Assembly (NCBI GenBank): GCA_032128115.1
Contig: JAQBHB010000041.1
Location: forward strand, 96,001-160,000
Length of the DNA: 64,000 bases
Direction of reading: 5' to 3'
Origin: Deltaproteobacteria bacterium
GTDB lineage: Bacteria; Myxococcota_A; UBA9160; SMWR01
In this document: in pieces, positions 1-12,804 of the stretch
Position numbering within the stretch: the first letter of the stretch is position 1
How the letters are laid out: each line of letters begins with the position of its first letter
Made by a program: the position numbers and the translations under genes
The notes under the pieces: model-generated
Databases searched by the model: none
The model's input: only the letters and a program-made list of their open reading frames with translations
What the model was told of the DNA's origin: nothing

Positions 1-321
1 TTCCCCGCCCTGCAGGTCCCCGAGCAGGAACGTCCTGGTCTCGATCCCCTGCCAGGCCAGGACGGCCAGCGAGGCCGCAGGCCCACTCTCGAGGCCGCGG
101 CCCAGCACACCGTGAGAGGAGGCTCCCACCAGGTTCTCAGTCCCCAGGCAGACGGCTGCTGCGTCCAGCAGCTCCGGCAGGCCGTCTCCATGCCCGGGCG
201 TCGCGAACACCACGGCGCCATCCGCCGGGCCGTTCAGTCCCGCCAACGCCTGCTCACAGGCCTGCTCGGCCGCCGGGCGTGGTTCCCGTGTGCTCGAGAT
301 TCCGGCTCCGGCGCGCAGCAT
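1..321 (-). CDS. FIST N-terminal domain protein (partial; runs off the window start)
   Basis: Not in the ORF track. Manual translation from ATG at 321 gives MLRAGAGISSTREPRPAAEQACEQALAGL...AVVFATPGH...LVGASSHGVLG, which resembles FIST_N. TATACT lies 6 nt upstream. Confidence 0.75.
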   Translation of the reverse strand, partial: MLRAGAGISSTREPRPAAEQACEQALAGLNGPADGAVVFATPGHGDGLPELLDAAAVCLGTENLVGASSHGVLGRGLESGPAASLAVLAWQGIETRTFLLGDLQGGE

Positions 322-505
322 TCGCGCAGTATACGGAGGTCGGCAGCGCCTCCCGCTTTCCAGGGACTGCCCCCTCGGCTAGGCTGGGAAGCAAGGCGCT
401 GCTCTATTTCCCTCCTCAGCGCTGATGCGTCACCTCTCGCAAACGGAGCCCGGTCCCCGACCCGGGTCCCCTCTTGGGGCGACGGGGACATGTTCAAGGG
501 ACGCG

Positions 506-1792
506 GTGGCGAAGCGGAATAACACGCCGCACACGGGGCCGAAGTTGGCCGATTTCGAACTCATCGAGAACCGAGCGGATCTCGATGCACTTGCGCAGGA
601 TCTTCTCGGCGAGAAGATTCTCGCCTTCGATACAGAGGCCGACAGCTTCTACCACTACTTCGACAAGACCTGCCTCGTGCAGGTCGCGACCCGAAGCCAG
701 ATCTACCTGATCGATCCCCTGGCCCTGGGCGGCCCGTCCGAGCTGTCTCCCCTGGCCCCGGTCTTCGCATCGCCGGACATCTGCAAGATCTTCCATGCGG
801 CCGAGTACGACCTGTTCGTGCTCAAGCGCGACTGCTCGTTCGAATTCGCGAACCTGTTCGACACCATGATCAGCGCTCAGCTCCTGGGATACCCGTCGGT
901 GGGCCTCTCCGGCCTGGCCAAGCGCCACTACGACGTGGATCTTCCCAAGGACGAGCAGCGTTCCGACTGGTCGAGACGCCCACTCACCCCCAAGCAGCTG
1001 AGTTATGCCGCCGCCGACGTGCTCTACCTGATGGCGCTTGTGGAGAAGCTCAAGAAGGAGCTTCGCGCCGCCAAGCGCCTGACGTGGGCCATGGAAGAGT
1101 TCGAGACGCTGACCCGGCGGGCGTGGCCCGACCGGGAGTTCGACAAGCTCGGCTACCTGAAGATCAAGGGCGCGCGCCGGCTCGACCCGCGCAGCCTCTC
1201 GGTCCTGCGCGAGCTCTACCTCGTGCGCGACAAGCGCGCCCGGGACATCGACCGGCCTCCGTTCAAGGTGCTTGGCAATCGCACCCTGCTCGAGATCGCC
1301 GATGTAAAACCGTCTGAGCCCGAGGAGCTGGCGCACATCAAGGGCATCACCGAGCTGCTCATGCGTCGAATGGGCCGTGACGTGATCGCCGCCGTGCGCA
1401 AGGGGGCGAAGAAGGACCACGGACCGATCCCCAAGATCCAGGGAAACGGCAGGCGGCGCATGGACCGCCACGCCGACCGGCGACTGCTGGCCCTCAAGAA
1501 GTGGCGAACCGCGCGCGCCGCCGATCTCGGCATGGACCCCGGCGTTTTGTGCCCCAACTCGGGCCTCGAGGCCATCGCGTGGCGGGCGCCCGAGGTCGTT
1601 GGCGACCTTGCGGAGTTGCCGGAGCTGAAGGGCTGGTTCCTGCGCGAGTTCGGGAGCGAGGTGGTCAAGGCGACTCTCGAGGCGGAGCCGGCCGGAACCG
1701 ACGACGAAAAAGGCGCCCGCGAGGAAAAGACCGCGACCGATAACGCCAAGGGCGGAAGCGGGCGCGAATCCGGGCGGCGCTCCGGCCGCTGA
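506..1792 (+). CDS. rnd: Ribonuclease D (DEDDy 3'-5' exonuclease with two HRDC domains)
   Basis: Motifs LAFDTEAD, KIFHAAEYD, FDTMISAQLLG, QRSDWSRRPL, YAAADV and ARDIDRPPFKV. GTG at 506 preferred over ATG at 425. Confidence 0.92.
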   Translation: MAKRNNTPHTGPKLADFELIENRADLDALAQDLLGEKILAFDTEADSFYHYFDKTCLVQVATRSQIYLIDPLALGGPSELSPLAPVFASPDICKIFHAAEYDLFVLKRDCSFEFANLFDTMISAQLLGYPSVGLSGLAKRHYDVDLPKDEQRSDWSRRPLTPKQLSYAAADVLYLMALVEKLKKELRAAKRLTWAMEEFETLTRRAWPDREFDKLGYLKIKGARRLDPRSLSVLRELYLVRDKRARDIDRPPFKVLGNRTLLEIADVKPSEPEELAHIKGITELLMRRMGRDVIAAVRKGAKKDHGPIPKIQGNGRRRMDRHADRRLLALKKWRTARAADLGMDPGVLCPNSGLEAIAWRAPEVVGDLAELPELKGWFLREFGSEVVKATLEAEPAGTDDEKGAREEKTATDNAKGGSGRESGRRSGR

Positions 1793-1799
1793 ATCCGGC

Positions 1800-1962
1800 G
1801 CTCGCGCTGGAGATGCGACCTGGCTCCCTGGGGACCCGAGAAGGCGGGTGCCGTTCTGGGGAAAGCGCCTTGGTTTCGGCTCAGGACCCCAGGGAAAAGG
1901 ATGAACCGGCTGTGCGCGCCCGCTTAAACAACCGATTCACCCCAACCAGATCGACTCCTGTC
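1800..1962 (-). ncRNA. Candidate sigma54-dependent small RNA (or mRNA for a 19-22 aa peptide)
   Basis: Lies downstream of the sigma54 site with no conventional ORF. A 16-bp stem pairs 1825-1840 with 1880-1895. Confidence 0.4.
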
Positions 1963-1972
1963 GCGCCAACAA

Positions 1973-1989
1973 AGCACGAGCCGTGCCAA
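1973..1989 (-). promoter_or_regulatory. sigma54 (-24/-12) promoter, predicted +1 near 1962
   Basis: Minus strand reads TTGGCACGGCTCGTGCT, i.e. TGGCACG-N4-GTGCT with exact GG-N10-GC spacing, in an intergenic region. Confidence 0.7.
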
Positions 1990-2105
1990 CCAGTCCCGTG
2001 TAGGTCGAGACCACAACACTCTGCCGATAAAGGGCTTTCAGGATCCCCCCGAAAGCCGACCCGCCGCATCCGAAGGCGGCAGCTGGTCCCGCGAACCCCG
2101 GCCGC

Positions 2106-3299
2106 GTGCGTTCCCTGGTGAGATTCCCATTCCCGACCCATGGCTTCCGTGGGGCTGCCAACTCCGGACGCCCTGCCGCCTGCGTTGGCGGAGCCCTCGG
2201 AGCCATGGGACTGGCTTGCGCCTGTGCGATGCCTGTCCACGAGGAGTCGCCCCACGTGGTGACCGCGCCCGCCCCGAGCTTGCAAGAGGACTACTGCGCC
2301 TGGTACGGCGACGCCCGGGACGGGGTGCTCTACTTCGGACAGGCCGCGTTCTGGTCGGGGATGCGCGCGCCCGGGGGCGGGCCGCTCACCGATCTGGACC
2401 GCGAGGGGCCGCTGCCCATCGGTCGCTTCCAGCTTCGCCGCGAACGGCTTCTCGAGCCGCTGCAGGTGGGGCGCGCGGGCGATCGCTCGGGCGTCTGGGA
2501 CATCCACGCCCACGCAAACGGGCGCCTCTACTTCACCACCTTCTTCGAGTCGGCGGGCTTTCTCGATCCCGGAACGGGCGAGGTGCAACACTGGCCCGAT
2601 CTGGGAACGGGGCTCAACGAAATCGCCACGGGACCCGACGGAACCCTGTTGTTCTCGCGCTACGCCGCATCCCAGGGGAGCCTGGTGGTGGTGGACCTGG
2701 AGGGGAGGCTCGTCGCCGAGCACCTCCTGACGTCGCCCCCGGGCTTCGACACCCAGCCGAAGACGGTGGCCTTCGACCCGGGACGCGGCGAGTTCTGGGC
2801 GACCACGGACATGCTGCCGCTGGGTTCCCGCGCGGAGGCGCCGCAAGCAGGTCCCGGGGGCGCCCGACACGACGCCTACGTGCTCGACCGGAGCGGCCGC
2901 GAGCTTCGCCGGGTGGACGATCGGGTGGTCCAGTTCGTGACTTTCTCGGAAGAAGGCACCGGCTACTTCGCCGAACTCCAGGGCCGCGCGCTCCGGTTGC
3001 GCGTACTCGCGCCCGCAGATCCGGGGGGCGGTGGCCGCGAGTTCGTGTTGGACCCGGACTTCCCCGCCGCCTACGACTTCGTCCAGGACGTCCGCGCCGA
3101 GGCCGGCGGGCGCGCGGTGGTGACGCGCTGGAGCGGCTGGGTGCACGTGCTGGAATCCGATGGGCGCCTGCGGAGCGTCCTGCTACCGGCCCTCGAGCCA
3201 CGCGGGCTGTATTACACGGCCACCCTGGCCCGCGGCGGAAATCGCGTCTGCGCCAGCCACTGTGGCGAGGTCCGCGTGGTCTGCACGGATCTCCCCTAG
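2106..3299 (+). CDS. Hypothetical exported/lipoprotein, probable beta-propeller
   Basis: Repeated propeller-like strands (GRLYFTT, PDGTLLFS, VAFDPGRGEFW) and a Cys-containing hydrophobic N-terminus. Start uncertain; ATG 2205 is an alternative. Confidence 0.6.
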   Translation: MRSLVRFPFPTHGFRGAANSGRPAACVGGALGAMGLACACAMPVHEESPHVVTAPAPSLQEDYCAWYGDARDGVLYFGQAAFWSGMRAPGGGPLTDLDREGPLPIGRFQLRRERLLEPLQVGRAGDRSGVWDIHAHANGRLYFTTFFESAGFLDPGTGEVQHWPDLGTGLNEIATGPDGTLLFSRYAASQGSLVVVDLEGRLVAEHLLTSPPGFDTQPKTVAFDPGRGEFWATTDMLPLGSRAEAPQAGPGGARHDAYVLDRSGRELRRVDDRVVQFVTFSEEGTGYFAELQGRALRLRVLAPADPGGGGREFVLDPDFPAAYDFVQDVRAEAGGRAVVTRWSGWVHVLESDGRLRSVLLPALEPRGLYYTATLARGGNRVCASHCGEVRVVCTDLP

Positions 3300-3324
3300 C
3301 GTACGCGTGAGCTAAGATCGCGCC

Positions 3325-4620
3325 GTGTTCGCCCATCGCAGGCAACGAGTTCGCGATTCCATGGGGCCCGATGCAGTCGCGATCGTGCTGGGCTCCAGGC
3401 TCATCACCCGATCGCGCGACACCGAGTTTCCATTCCGCCAGGACAGCGACTTCTGGTACCTGACCGGCTTCGACCATCCCAACGCCGTCATGGTCCTGCG
3501 AACCGACGGAGGACCGGCCTACACCCTCTACGTGGAGGCCCGCGATCGCGACGCGGAGACCTGGACCGGCTATCGGCCCGGGGTCGAGGGGGCCGAGCGC
3601 GACTACGACGCAGACGAGGCCCGCACCAACGATCGATTCCTGCCCGATGTGTCCGCGCTCATGGGAAAGGCGAAGCGCGTCTACCACGTGCTCGGACGCG
3701 ACGCTGCCGTCGACGCAAAGATCGTGGAGACCCTGGAAGGGCTGCGCCTTCGCTCGCGCCAGGGGCCGGTTCCAGCCGATGCCATCATCGACCCCCGATC
3801 CATCATCCACGAGATGCGCCTGTTCAAGGAGCCCGCCGAGCTCGACATCCAGCGGCGCGCCTCGGAGATCACGCGGGAGGCCCACGAGGCAGCCGCGCGG
3901 ATGGCCAGGGAGTCGGTGCACGAGTACGAGATGCAGGCCGTGCTCGAGTACACCTTCCGCAGACGCGGCGCCCGAGGCCCCGCCTACACCACCATCGTCG
4001 GCGGCGGCAGCAATGCGACGATCCTGCACTACATCGCCAACGACCAGAAGCTTCGAGACGGCGAGCTCGTGCTGGTGGACGCGGGCGCCGAGCTCGAGGG
4101 CTACGCCAGCGACGTAACACGCACGTATCCCATCGGAGGGCGCTTCACCGGGCCCGGCCGCGCCCTCTACGAGGTGGTATGGGCCGCGCAAGAAGCCGCA
4201 CTGGCGCTCTGCGCGCCCGGAAACACGCTGCCCCAGGTGCACGACGCCGCCGTACGCACCGTGGTGGAGGGCCTGGTGGAGCTCTCGATCCTGGACGGCG
4301 ACGTAGAGGAACTGATCGCACGCGAGGCCTATCGGCGCTTCTACATGCACAGCACAAGCCATTGGCTCGGTCTCGATGTGCACGATGTGGGTGCCTACCG
4401 GATCGACGGCGAGCCGCGACCCCTGAAGCCGCACATGGTCTTCACTGTCGAGCCCGGCATCTACGTGGGCGCCGACGAAGAGAAGGTGGACGCCCGCTTC
4501 CGCGGAATCGGAATCCGCATCGAAGACGATGTGGTGATCACGGAGTCTGGGCATGAGAACCTCACCGGCGCGATTCCCAAGGCGCCGGACGATCTGGAAG
4601 CGCTGGTCGGCGGCGCCTGA
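3325..4620 (+). CDS. pepP: Xaa-Pro aminopeptidase (aminopeptidase P)
   Basis: [42 protein letters not shown] and GIRIEDD. Confidence 0.95.
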   Translation: MFAHRRQRVRDSMGPDAVAIVLGSRLITRSRDTEFPFRQDSDFWYLTGFDHPNAVMVLRTDGGPAYTLYVEARDRDAETWTGYRPGVEGAERDYDADEARTNDRFLPDVSALMGKAKRVYHVLGRDAAVDAKIVETLEGLRLRSRQGPVPADAIIDPRSIIHEMRLFKEPAELDIQRRASEITREAHEAAARMARESVHEYEMQAVLEYTFRRRGARGPAYTTIVGGGSNATILHYIANDQKLRDGELVLVDAGAELEGYASDVTRTYPIGGRFTGPGRALYEVVWAAQEAALALCAPGNTLPQVHDAAVRTVVEGLVELSILDGDVEELIAREAYRRFYMHSTSHWLGLDVHDVGAYRIDGEPRPLKPHMVFTVEPGIYVGADEEKVDARFRGIGIRIEDDVVITESGHENLTGAIPKAPDDLEALVGGA

Positions 4621-4661
4621 CCCGGGACATCACCCGGCGACCGCCCCAAGGACGGAGATCC

Positions 4662-6603
<1,942 letters not shown>

Positions 6604-6617
<14 letters not shown>

Positions 6618-7845
6618 CATCCGCCGGAGATCCCCGAGACGAGTCGCGGTCGGATCCCTGCTCCTGGCCGCTGCGCTGGTGGGTGCCACCAGCGACGGCG
6701 AAAAGCTGCCTGGGCCCGCGGGCGATGAGATCGCGCCCAGCGACGAAATCGAACCCGGCATCGACAACGAGACCAGGCTGCGCATGCTGCTAGCGCTCAC
6801 CGGCTTCGAGGCCCGATCGACCCAACTCGCCACCATGATGTCCTACCAGGTGACCGCCTCCATGGGAGGAGACACCGGGTCCGGCACGCAACAGATCGCG
6901 AGCCTCCTGTCCAACGAGATCGACCACGACAAGATCTACCAGGGCATGCTCGACGCGCTGCTCGCCAATTACGACAGCGCCGCAGTGAACTACCTGACCG
7001 ATTGGTACGCATCCCCGACCGGAGCTCAGGTGATCGCTTCGATCGGCACAGCCGGTTCGCCCGAGGGCCAGGGCCAGTTCGAGGCCTACTCGCGCCGCAT
7101 CGATAGCGGGCCCGCAAGCGACAAGCGCATGCGGGCGGCGGCGAGGATCGACCAGGCCACCCGGACTTCGCAGAACCTGCTCCCGATCCTGGCCGTCACC
7201 AACCTGGCGGTGACGAACGTCATCGACCGGATCTTTGGCATCGATCGCACGGACCCACGGACCCAGGCCGCGATGAAACAACTGATCCTCGACCAGATCG
7301 AGCGCCCTGTTCTGCGGCAATCGCGCACATATGCTCTTTTTGCCATCCGGACCCTGACCACCACCCAGGTGGCCGAATACGAGAAGGTAATGCGGAGCGA
7401 GGCTGCCGGCTGGCTCTACCAGACGGCGTGGGACAGCTACCGGGAGGCTGCCCGTGTCGAGCTGCTCGCCTTCGTCGCTCGGGTCAACGAGTGGCTCGAG
7501 TACAAGGACCCTCTGGCCTACCGGGCGTCGGCTCGCGAGAGGGGCGCCGCCTGGGGGAAACTGCGTCAGGATCAGCAGTGCCTGGAAGAGGCCTTGCGTC
7601 AGGACACGCTCTGCCGCGACATGCTGTGTGAGGCGGGTCTGGCCGACTTCACCCTGGGGTGTCTCGAGACCAGCCGTCGTTCACCTGGATACTGCTCGCC
7701 GGTGACTCCATCCGACGACAAGGACGCGTTCAGCTGGCGAACCGCGAGTTGCCGGAACATGCAGCGCCGGGACCGGGTCTGCCTGAACCTGGTGACCAGC
7801 ATCCAGACGCACTGCGACGGGCTGCGCGCCTCGCCGGAAGGCTGA
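6604..7845 (+). CDS. Exported protein: DUF2059-like helical domain plus 8-Cys C-terminal domain
   Basis: Signal-peptide-like N-terminus from GTG 6604, overlapping the acs stop. WYASPTG motif, and 8 Cys in the last ~90 aa. Confidence 0.6.
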
Positions 7846-7872
7846 CGCCGCGCGCCTCGCCCGCGCGCGCCA

Positions 7873-8493
7873 TCAACTGGCCTGCAGAGACGCTCGCATG
7901 GCAGGCGGATCACTGGACCGCCGCCCCTCGAACCACGCGCCGTCGGCGCCGCGCGTGAGCACCACCACGCCTCCGAGTTCCGGCCTTCCGTCTCCCAGGG
8001 GCCCGCCCAGGAGGGTCTCGGCCCCCTGGCGGATGATCCCCTTGTGGACCACCACCAGGATCGAGGACGCACCGATGGTCAGCATCCGATCGAGGCCGCG
8101 CTTCACCCGCGCCTGGAACTGGGCCCGCGGCTCGCCGCCGGGGTACTCGAAGCCCTCGGCTCGCGCCTGCCAATCCTGGTAGAGCACCGGGTCCGACGCC
8201 TGGATCTCTTCGGCCGTCAGGCCCTCCCAGCGACCGAAGTCGATCTCGCGAAAGTCGTCCACCAGGCGCACCGCCGCACCGCCGCTCAGGATGGCTGCCC
8301 CCTCCCAGGAGCGGCGCAGCGGGCTCGCGATCACGAGATCAAAGATCTCGCCCCGCAAGCCGGTGCCCGCGCGGCGCAGGTGATCGCGGCCCTCGTCCGA
8401 TAGCGGAACGTCACCGCTCCCGTGGAAGCGGACACTCGAGTTTCCAACGGTCTCACCGTGGCGGACCCACACGATTCGGCGCAGGTTCGACAT
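7873..8493 (-). CDS. Histidine phosphatase (phosphoglycerate mutase) family protein
   Basis: RHGET, SPLRR, EIDFGRWEG and VVHKG. Confidence 0.9.
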   Translation of the reverse strand: MSNLRRIVWVRHGETVGNSSVRFHGSGDVPLSDEGRDHLRRAGTGLRGEIFDLVIASPLRRSWEGAAILSGGAAVRLVDDFREIDFGRWEGLTAEEIQASDPVLYQDWQARAEGFEYPGGEPRAQFQARVKRGLDRMLTIGASSILVVVHKGIIRQGAETLLGGPLGDGRPELGGVVVLTRGADGAWFEGRRSSDPPAMRASLQAS

Positions 8494-8622
8494 TCGTCCT
8501 CCCGGGAGCTGGGGTGGAATCGACGGCGCGAAGGATCGGCGAGCCCGGCCGTGGCGTCAATGCGTTCCCGCCTCTGGTAGAGTTCCGCGGCTCCGCCTGG
8601 CGGCGGGGCGATCTCGGGGGAG

Positions 8623-10020
8623 GTGGGAGAAACCGTGACACCGCGCGGCTGGCTCGTGCTGGCAGGGATTCTGCTTCTCATGGTGGGCGGCGTGGCCACC
8701 CGCTTCCGGGGCGAGGGCTCGGCGCCGGGCATCGATGGTCCCGAGCGCGCCGTGATCGGAGCCACGGCCCGCGCACTCGGGATCGACCTGACCGACGCCG
8801 GATCGGGGCTTCGCCAGGTGCAGGTGGTCCTGGCCCACGCAAGCGGCGAGGTCCCGCTGTTGGAGGAGCACTATCCGGGCAGCTGGCTCCTGGGCGGCAG
8901 CCCTCCTGTGACCCAGCTTCGGCTCGAAGTGCTGGTGGACGTGGGCGGCGTTGCCGGCGTGGGCGGCGACGCCTTCGTCCGCATCGTGGCCCGCGACTGG
9001 TCGTGGCGCGGCGGCTTCGGCGGCAATTCCACGCGCTTCGACATTCCGGTCATCATCGACCTCGATCCCCCGCGGATTCGCGTGGCAAGCGGCCTCACCT
9101 ACGTGCGCCGTGGAGGCGCCGGCGCTGTGATGTACTCGGTCTCGGAGCCGACGATCGAGGACGGCGTGAAAGTGGCGGGCGCCTCGTTCCGCGGCTTCCC
9201 GCTGGAACCCGGCCAGAGGGAACCCGGCCAGAGCGGCGAGGAGGTGTCCGCCGGCGAGCGCTTTGCGCTTTTCGCGGTCCCCGACGATGTGGAGGCCGAG
9301 CCGGAGATCTCCGTATTCGCCCGCGACGCGGCGGGAAACCTGGGCACCGCCAGCTGGCCCACGGTGGTACAGGAGAGCGTGCTGCCCAAGGCCCAGGTGA
9401 CGCTGAACCAGACGTTCCTGGACACTACGGTGCGCGCGCTGGCCCGTTCGCTCCGGATCGATGCCTCGGATCCCAGCCAGGCATTCCACGAGATCAACAC
9501 CCGGGTGCGGCGATCGAACGAGCTCGCGATCCGCGAGGCGCTGGCCGACCCCGCCGGAGCGCCCCTCTGGCACGGCTCGTTCCTACAGCTTCCCAATTCC
9601 CGGGTCACCAGCCGCTTCGGCGAGAGGCGCCGGTATTTCGTGAATGGCCGCGAGATCTCCAGTGCTCGGCACCTGGGCTACGACCTGGCGTCCACGTCTG
9701 CCACCCCCATCGGCGCGTCGAACGCGGGCCGTGTGGTCTTCGCCAGCGATCTGGGCATCTACGGCAACTGCGTGCTGATCGACCACGGCATGGGGCTGGC
9801 CTCGCTCTACGGGCACCTGTCGCGCCTGGACGTGAAGACGGGCGACCGGGTGGAAAAGGGCGAGACGATCGGCCTCTCGGGCACCACGGGCCTGGCGGGC
9901 GGCGACCACCTGCACTTCGCCATCCTGGTGGGAGACACGTACGTGGATCCCCTGGAGTGGTGGGACCCGAAATGGGTTCAAACGCACATCGAAGAGCGGC
10001 TGGTTCGATCGAGCCCGTGA
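8623..10020 (+). CDS. M23 family metallopeptidase
   Basis: HLGYD and HLHF motifs, YGNCVLIDHG, N-terminal membrane anchor. Confidence 0.92.
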   Translation: MGETVTPRGWLVLAGILLLMVGGVATRFRGEGSAPGIDGPERAVIGATARALGIDLTDAGSGLRQVQVVLAHASGEVPLLEEHYPGSWLLGGSPPVTQLRLEVLVDVGGVAGVGGDAFVRIVARDWSWRGGFGGNSTRFDIPVIIDLDPPRIRVASGLTYVRRGGAGAVMYSVSEPTIEDGVKVAGASFRGFPLEPGQREPGQSGEEVSAGERFALFAVPDDVEAEPEISVFARDAAGNLGTASWPTVVQESVLPKAQVTLNQTFLDTTVRALARSLRIDASDPSQAFHEINTRVRRSNELAIREALADPAGAPLWHGSFLQLPNSRVTSRFGERRRYFVNGREISSARHLGYDLASTSATPIGASNAGRVVFASDLGIYGNCVLIDHGMGLASLYGHLSRLDVKTGDRVEKGETIGLSGTTGLAGGDHLHFAILVGDTYVDPLEWWDPKWVQTHIEERLVRSSP

Positions 10021-10111
10021 GGCTCCCGCTGCGAGCCGACCTGCACGGCCGGCCCCGCGACCGCCGGACCGCCCGATCCATCGCGGTGGAACGCCGGCTC
10101 CCGGTGCTGCT

Positions 10112-11176
10112 GTGAAGGGGGTGCGGCGCGCCCTGCTCGCCTGGTACCGGGCGAACCGACGGGCGCTCCCGTGGCGGGAGACCCGGGATCCGTACGCGAT
10201 CTGGATCTCGGAAGCCATGCTGCAGCAGACCCGGGTGGAAACGGTGATCCCCTACTACGAGCGATTCCTTGCGCGTTTTCCCGACGTGGAGTCGCTGGCG
10301 ACCGCCGATCTCGACGACGTGCTCGGAATCTGGGCCGGCCTCGGCTACTACTCGCGCGCGCGAAATCTGCGCGCGGCCGCCCGCGTGCTAGTGGACGAGT
10401 TCGGGGGCGAGTTGCCCGACGACACCGACTCCCTGCGCTCGCTGCCCGGCGTGGGCCGCTACACCGCTGGCGCCGTCGCCTCCATCGCCTTCGATCGACC
10501 CGAACCGGTGGTGGACGGCAACGTGGCGCGGGTGTTCTCGCGCCTGCTTGGCATCCGCGACGAGATCTCGCGCCCGGCCGTTCAAAGGCGGCTCTGGGAG
10601 ACGGCGGCCGAACTCGCGCGCGGCGAGGGGCCCGGCGATCTCAACCAGGCGCTGATGGAGTTGGGGGCGGTGCTGTGCACGCCGCGCTCGCCGCGCTGCC
10701 CGAAGTGTCCCATCGCCCGCTTCTGCGACGCACGGGCCGCGGGAGACGCCGAATCACTGCCCCGCAAGGCGAAGCGAGTCGAGCCGCGCGCGGTCGAAGC
10801 GGTGGCCGCCCTGGTGATGCGCCGCGGCCGGGCCCTGGCCGTGCGCCGAATGCCGAGCGGCCTGCTTGGCGGACTCTGGGAGCTTCCGGGCGCCGATCTC
10901 GCGGAGCGCGAGCGCCCGGCCCAGGCCATCCGCCGAGCCCTGCGCGACCGGGTGGGGTTGCGCATCGATCGCCTGCAACGCGCCGGCTCGGTGGACCACG
11001 GCTTCACCCACCGCCAGCTGCACCTGCACGTCTACCATTGCCGCGACCCGGAGGGCCGCGTGCGCCTGCGGGACCTGGACGCTCACCGCTGGCTGGGCCT
11101 GCCCGCACTCGCAAGGCTTCCCCAGGCTGCCGTCACCCGGAAGGCCCTCGACCTGTTGGGAGCCGGCAGGCGTTGA
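10112..11176 (+). CDS. mutY: A/G-specific adenine glycosylase
   Basis: LPWR..DPY, MLQQT, WAGLGYYSRARN, HhH LPGVGRYTA, VDGNV, CX6CX2CX5C Fe-S motif and NUDIX-like C-terminus. Confidence 0.95.
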   Translation: MKGVRRALLAWYRANRRALPWRETRDPYAIWISEAMLQQTRVETVIPYYERFLARFPDVESLATADLDDVLGIWAGLGYYSRARNLRAAARVLVDEFGGELPDDTDSLRSLPGVGRYTAGAVASIAFDRPEPVVDGNVARVFSRLLGIRDEISRPAVQRRLWETAAELARGEGPGDLNQALMELGAVLCTPRSPRCPKCPIARFCDARAAGDAESLPRKAKRVEPRAVEAVAALVMRRGRALAVRRMPSGLLGGLWELPGADLAERERPAQAIRRALRDRVGLRIDRLQRAGSVDHGFTHRQLHLHVYHCRDPEGRVRLRDLDAHRWLGLPALARLPQAAVTRKALDLLGAGRR

Positions 11177-11245
11177 GGCCCGCGTGCGACGTCGCACACG
11201 GGAGGCAGGGCCTGTTGCCCCGCCTCCCGTCGTGATCACCCGGGT

Positions 11246-11563
11246 TCAGGAGCCCCGCACCACGGTGCAGAACTTCCCGAACACGATCCGATTCATGGCG
11301 TAGTAGTCCACCGAATCCACGCGCTTGATTCCGCCGTTCTTGGCGGCGGTCTCGATGCTGGCATCGCCCAGCGCCACCACGCCCACCCAATGCTGCGAGC
11401 AGGCCTCGCCGCGCTTGTCGCCGCGGCCGGTGCCACCCTGGATGGGGCCCTTCACGTCCATCCACAGTCCGAAGGTCGGTCCCTGGGTACCCACACAGGC
11501 GGTGGATCCGCCCAGGGCCAGCGCCATCAGAAGCGCGAGTCCCAATGCCAATTGCTTGCTCAC
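11246..11563 (-). CDS. TRL-like family lipoprotein
   Basis: Signal peptide plus Cys; K.GEAC...GDASIETAAKNGGI...VD...FCTVV.G pattern. GTG 11563 follows an AAAGGGGGG SD. Confidence 0.8.
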   Translation of the reverse strand: MSKQLALGLALLMALALGGSTACVGTQGPTFGLWMDVKGPIQGGTGRGDKRGEACSQHWVGVVALGDASIETAAKNGGIKRVDSVDYYAMNRIVFGKFCTVVRGS

Positions 11564-11691
11564 TGTCGTCCCCCCTTTGTTTGCAGTTCTGAGGGCGCGG
11601 CATCGGCACCGTCCCCCCATCGAAACCGTGAGTAGCGGCCTGCCAGCCTGGATTCAAGCGACCGATCCATCCCCGCCCTATCCTGAGGTGC

Positions 11692-12789
11692 ATGGGCAGC
11701 ACGTTCGGACAGATCTTCCGGATCACGACCTTTGGCGAGAGCCACGGCGGCGGCGTGGGCGTCGTGTTGGACGGCTGCCCCCCGCGTCTGGCGATCACGG
11801 CCGAGCAGATCCAGCGCGACCTGGACCGGCGCCGCCCGGGCCAGAGCCGACTGACCACGCCGCGTCAGGAGGCCGATCAGGTCGAGATCCTTTCCGGTGT
11901 CTTCGAGGGACGCACCCTGGGCTCCCCCATCGCGCTGCTGGTGCGCAACAAGGACACGCGCCCCTCGGCCTATGAGGACATGAAGAACGTCTACCGGCCC
12001 TCCCACGCCGACTACACCACCGAGGCCAAGTACGGAATCCGCAATTGGCAGGGCGGCGGGCGCGCCAGCGCCCGCGAAACGGTGGGCCGCGTGGCCGCCG
12101 GCGCCATCGCCCGCGCGCTGCTGCGGGATGTGGCGGGCGTCCAGGTGCTGGCCTGGGTCCACCGGGTGCACGAAGTGGAAGCCGTGGTGGATGCCGCGGC
12201 CGTGACCCTCGAGGCCGTCGAGTCGAACCTGGTGCGTTGCCCCGATCCCGCGGCGGCTGAGCAGATGATCCAGCGTATCGATGCCGCCCGCGAACGCGGC
12301 GATTCGCTGGGGGGCGTGGTCGAGTGCGTGGCTCGGGGCGTACCGCCGGGGCTCGGCGATCCCGTCTTCGACAAACTCGAGGCCGACCTGGCCCATGGGC
12401 TGATGTCGCTCCCGGCGTCCAAGGGATTCGAAATCGGAAGCGGTTTCCAGGGCACGCGCATGACGGGCATCGAGCACAACGACCCGTTCGTTCCCGGAGA
12501 CGACGGGCGACCGCGAACCGCGTCGAACCGCTCGGGCGGCATCCAGGGTGGCATCAGCAACGGCGAGCCGGTGGTGTTGCGCGTGGCCTTCAAGCCCACA
12601 GCCACCATCGCAAAGGCCCAGCAGACCGTCGACCGCGAGGGCAAAGCCGCGATTCTCGAAGCCCGGGGGCGCCACGACCCGTGCGTGCTGCCCCGGGCGG
12701 TCCCCATGGTGGAAGCGATGGTGTGTCTGGTGCTCGCCGATCACTGGCTGCGCCAGCAAAGCGTCGACTCGCTACCCGCGCTGGATTGA
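11692..12789 (+). CDS. aroC: Chorismate synthase
   Basis: [28 protein letters not shown] and RHDPCV. Confidence 0.97.
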   Translation: MGSTFGQIFRITTFGESHGGGVGVVLDGCPPRLAITAEQIQRDLDRRRPGQSRLTTPRQEADQVEILSGVFEGRTLGSPIALLVRNKDTRPSAYEDMKNVYRPSHADYTTEAKYGIRNWQGGGRASARETVGRVAAGAIARALLRDVAGVQVLAWVHRVHEVEAVVDAAAVTLEAVESNLVRCPDPAAAEQMIQRIDAARERGDSLGGVVECVARGVPPGLGDPVFDKLEADLAHGLMSLPASKGFEIGSGFQGTRMTGIEHNDPFVPGDDGRPRTASNRSGGIQGGISNGEPVVLRVAFKPTATIAKAQQTVDREGKAAILEARGRHDPCVLPRAVPMVEAMVCLVLADHWLRQQSVDSLPALD

Positions 12790-12804
12790 TCCGAGCAGCC
12801 CGAC

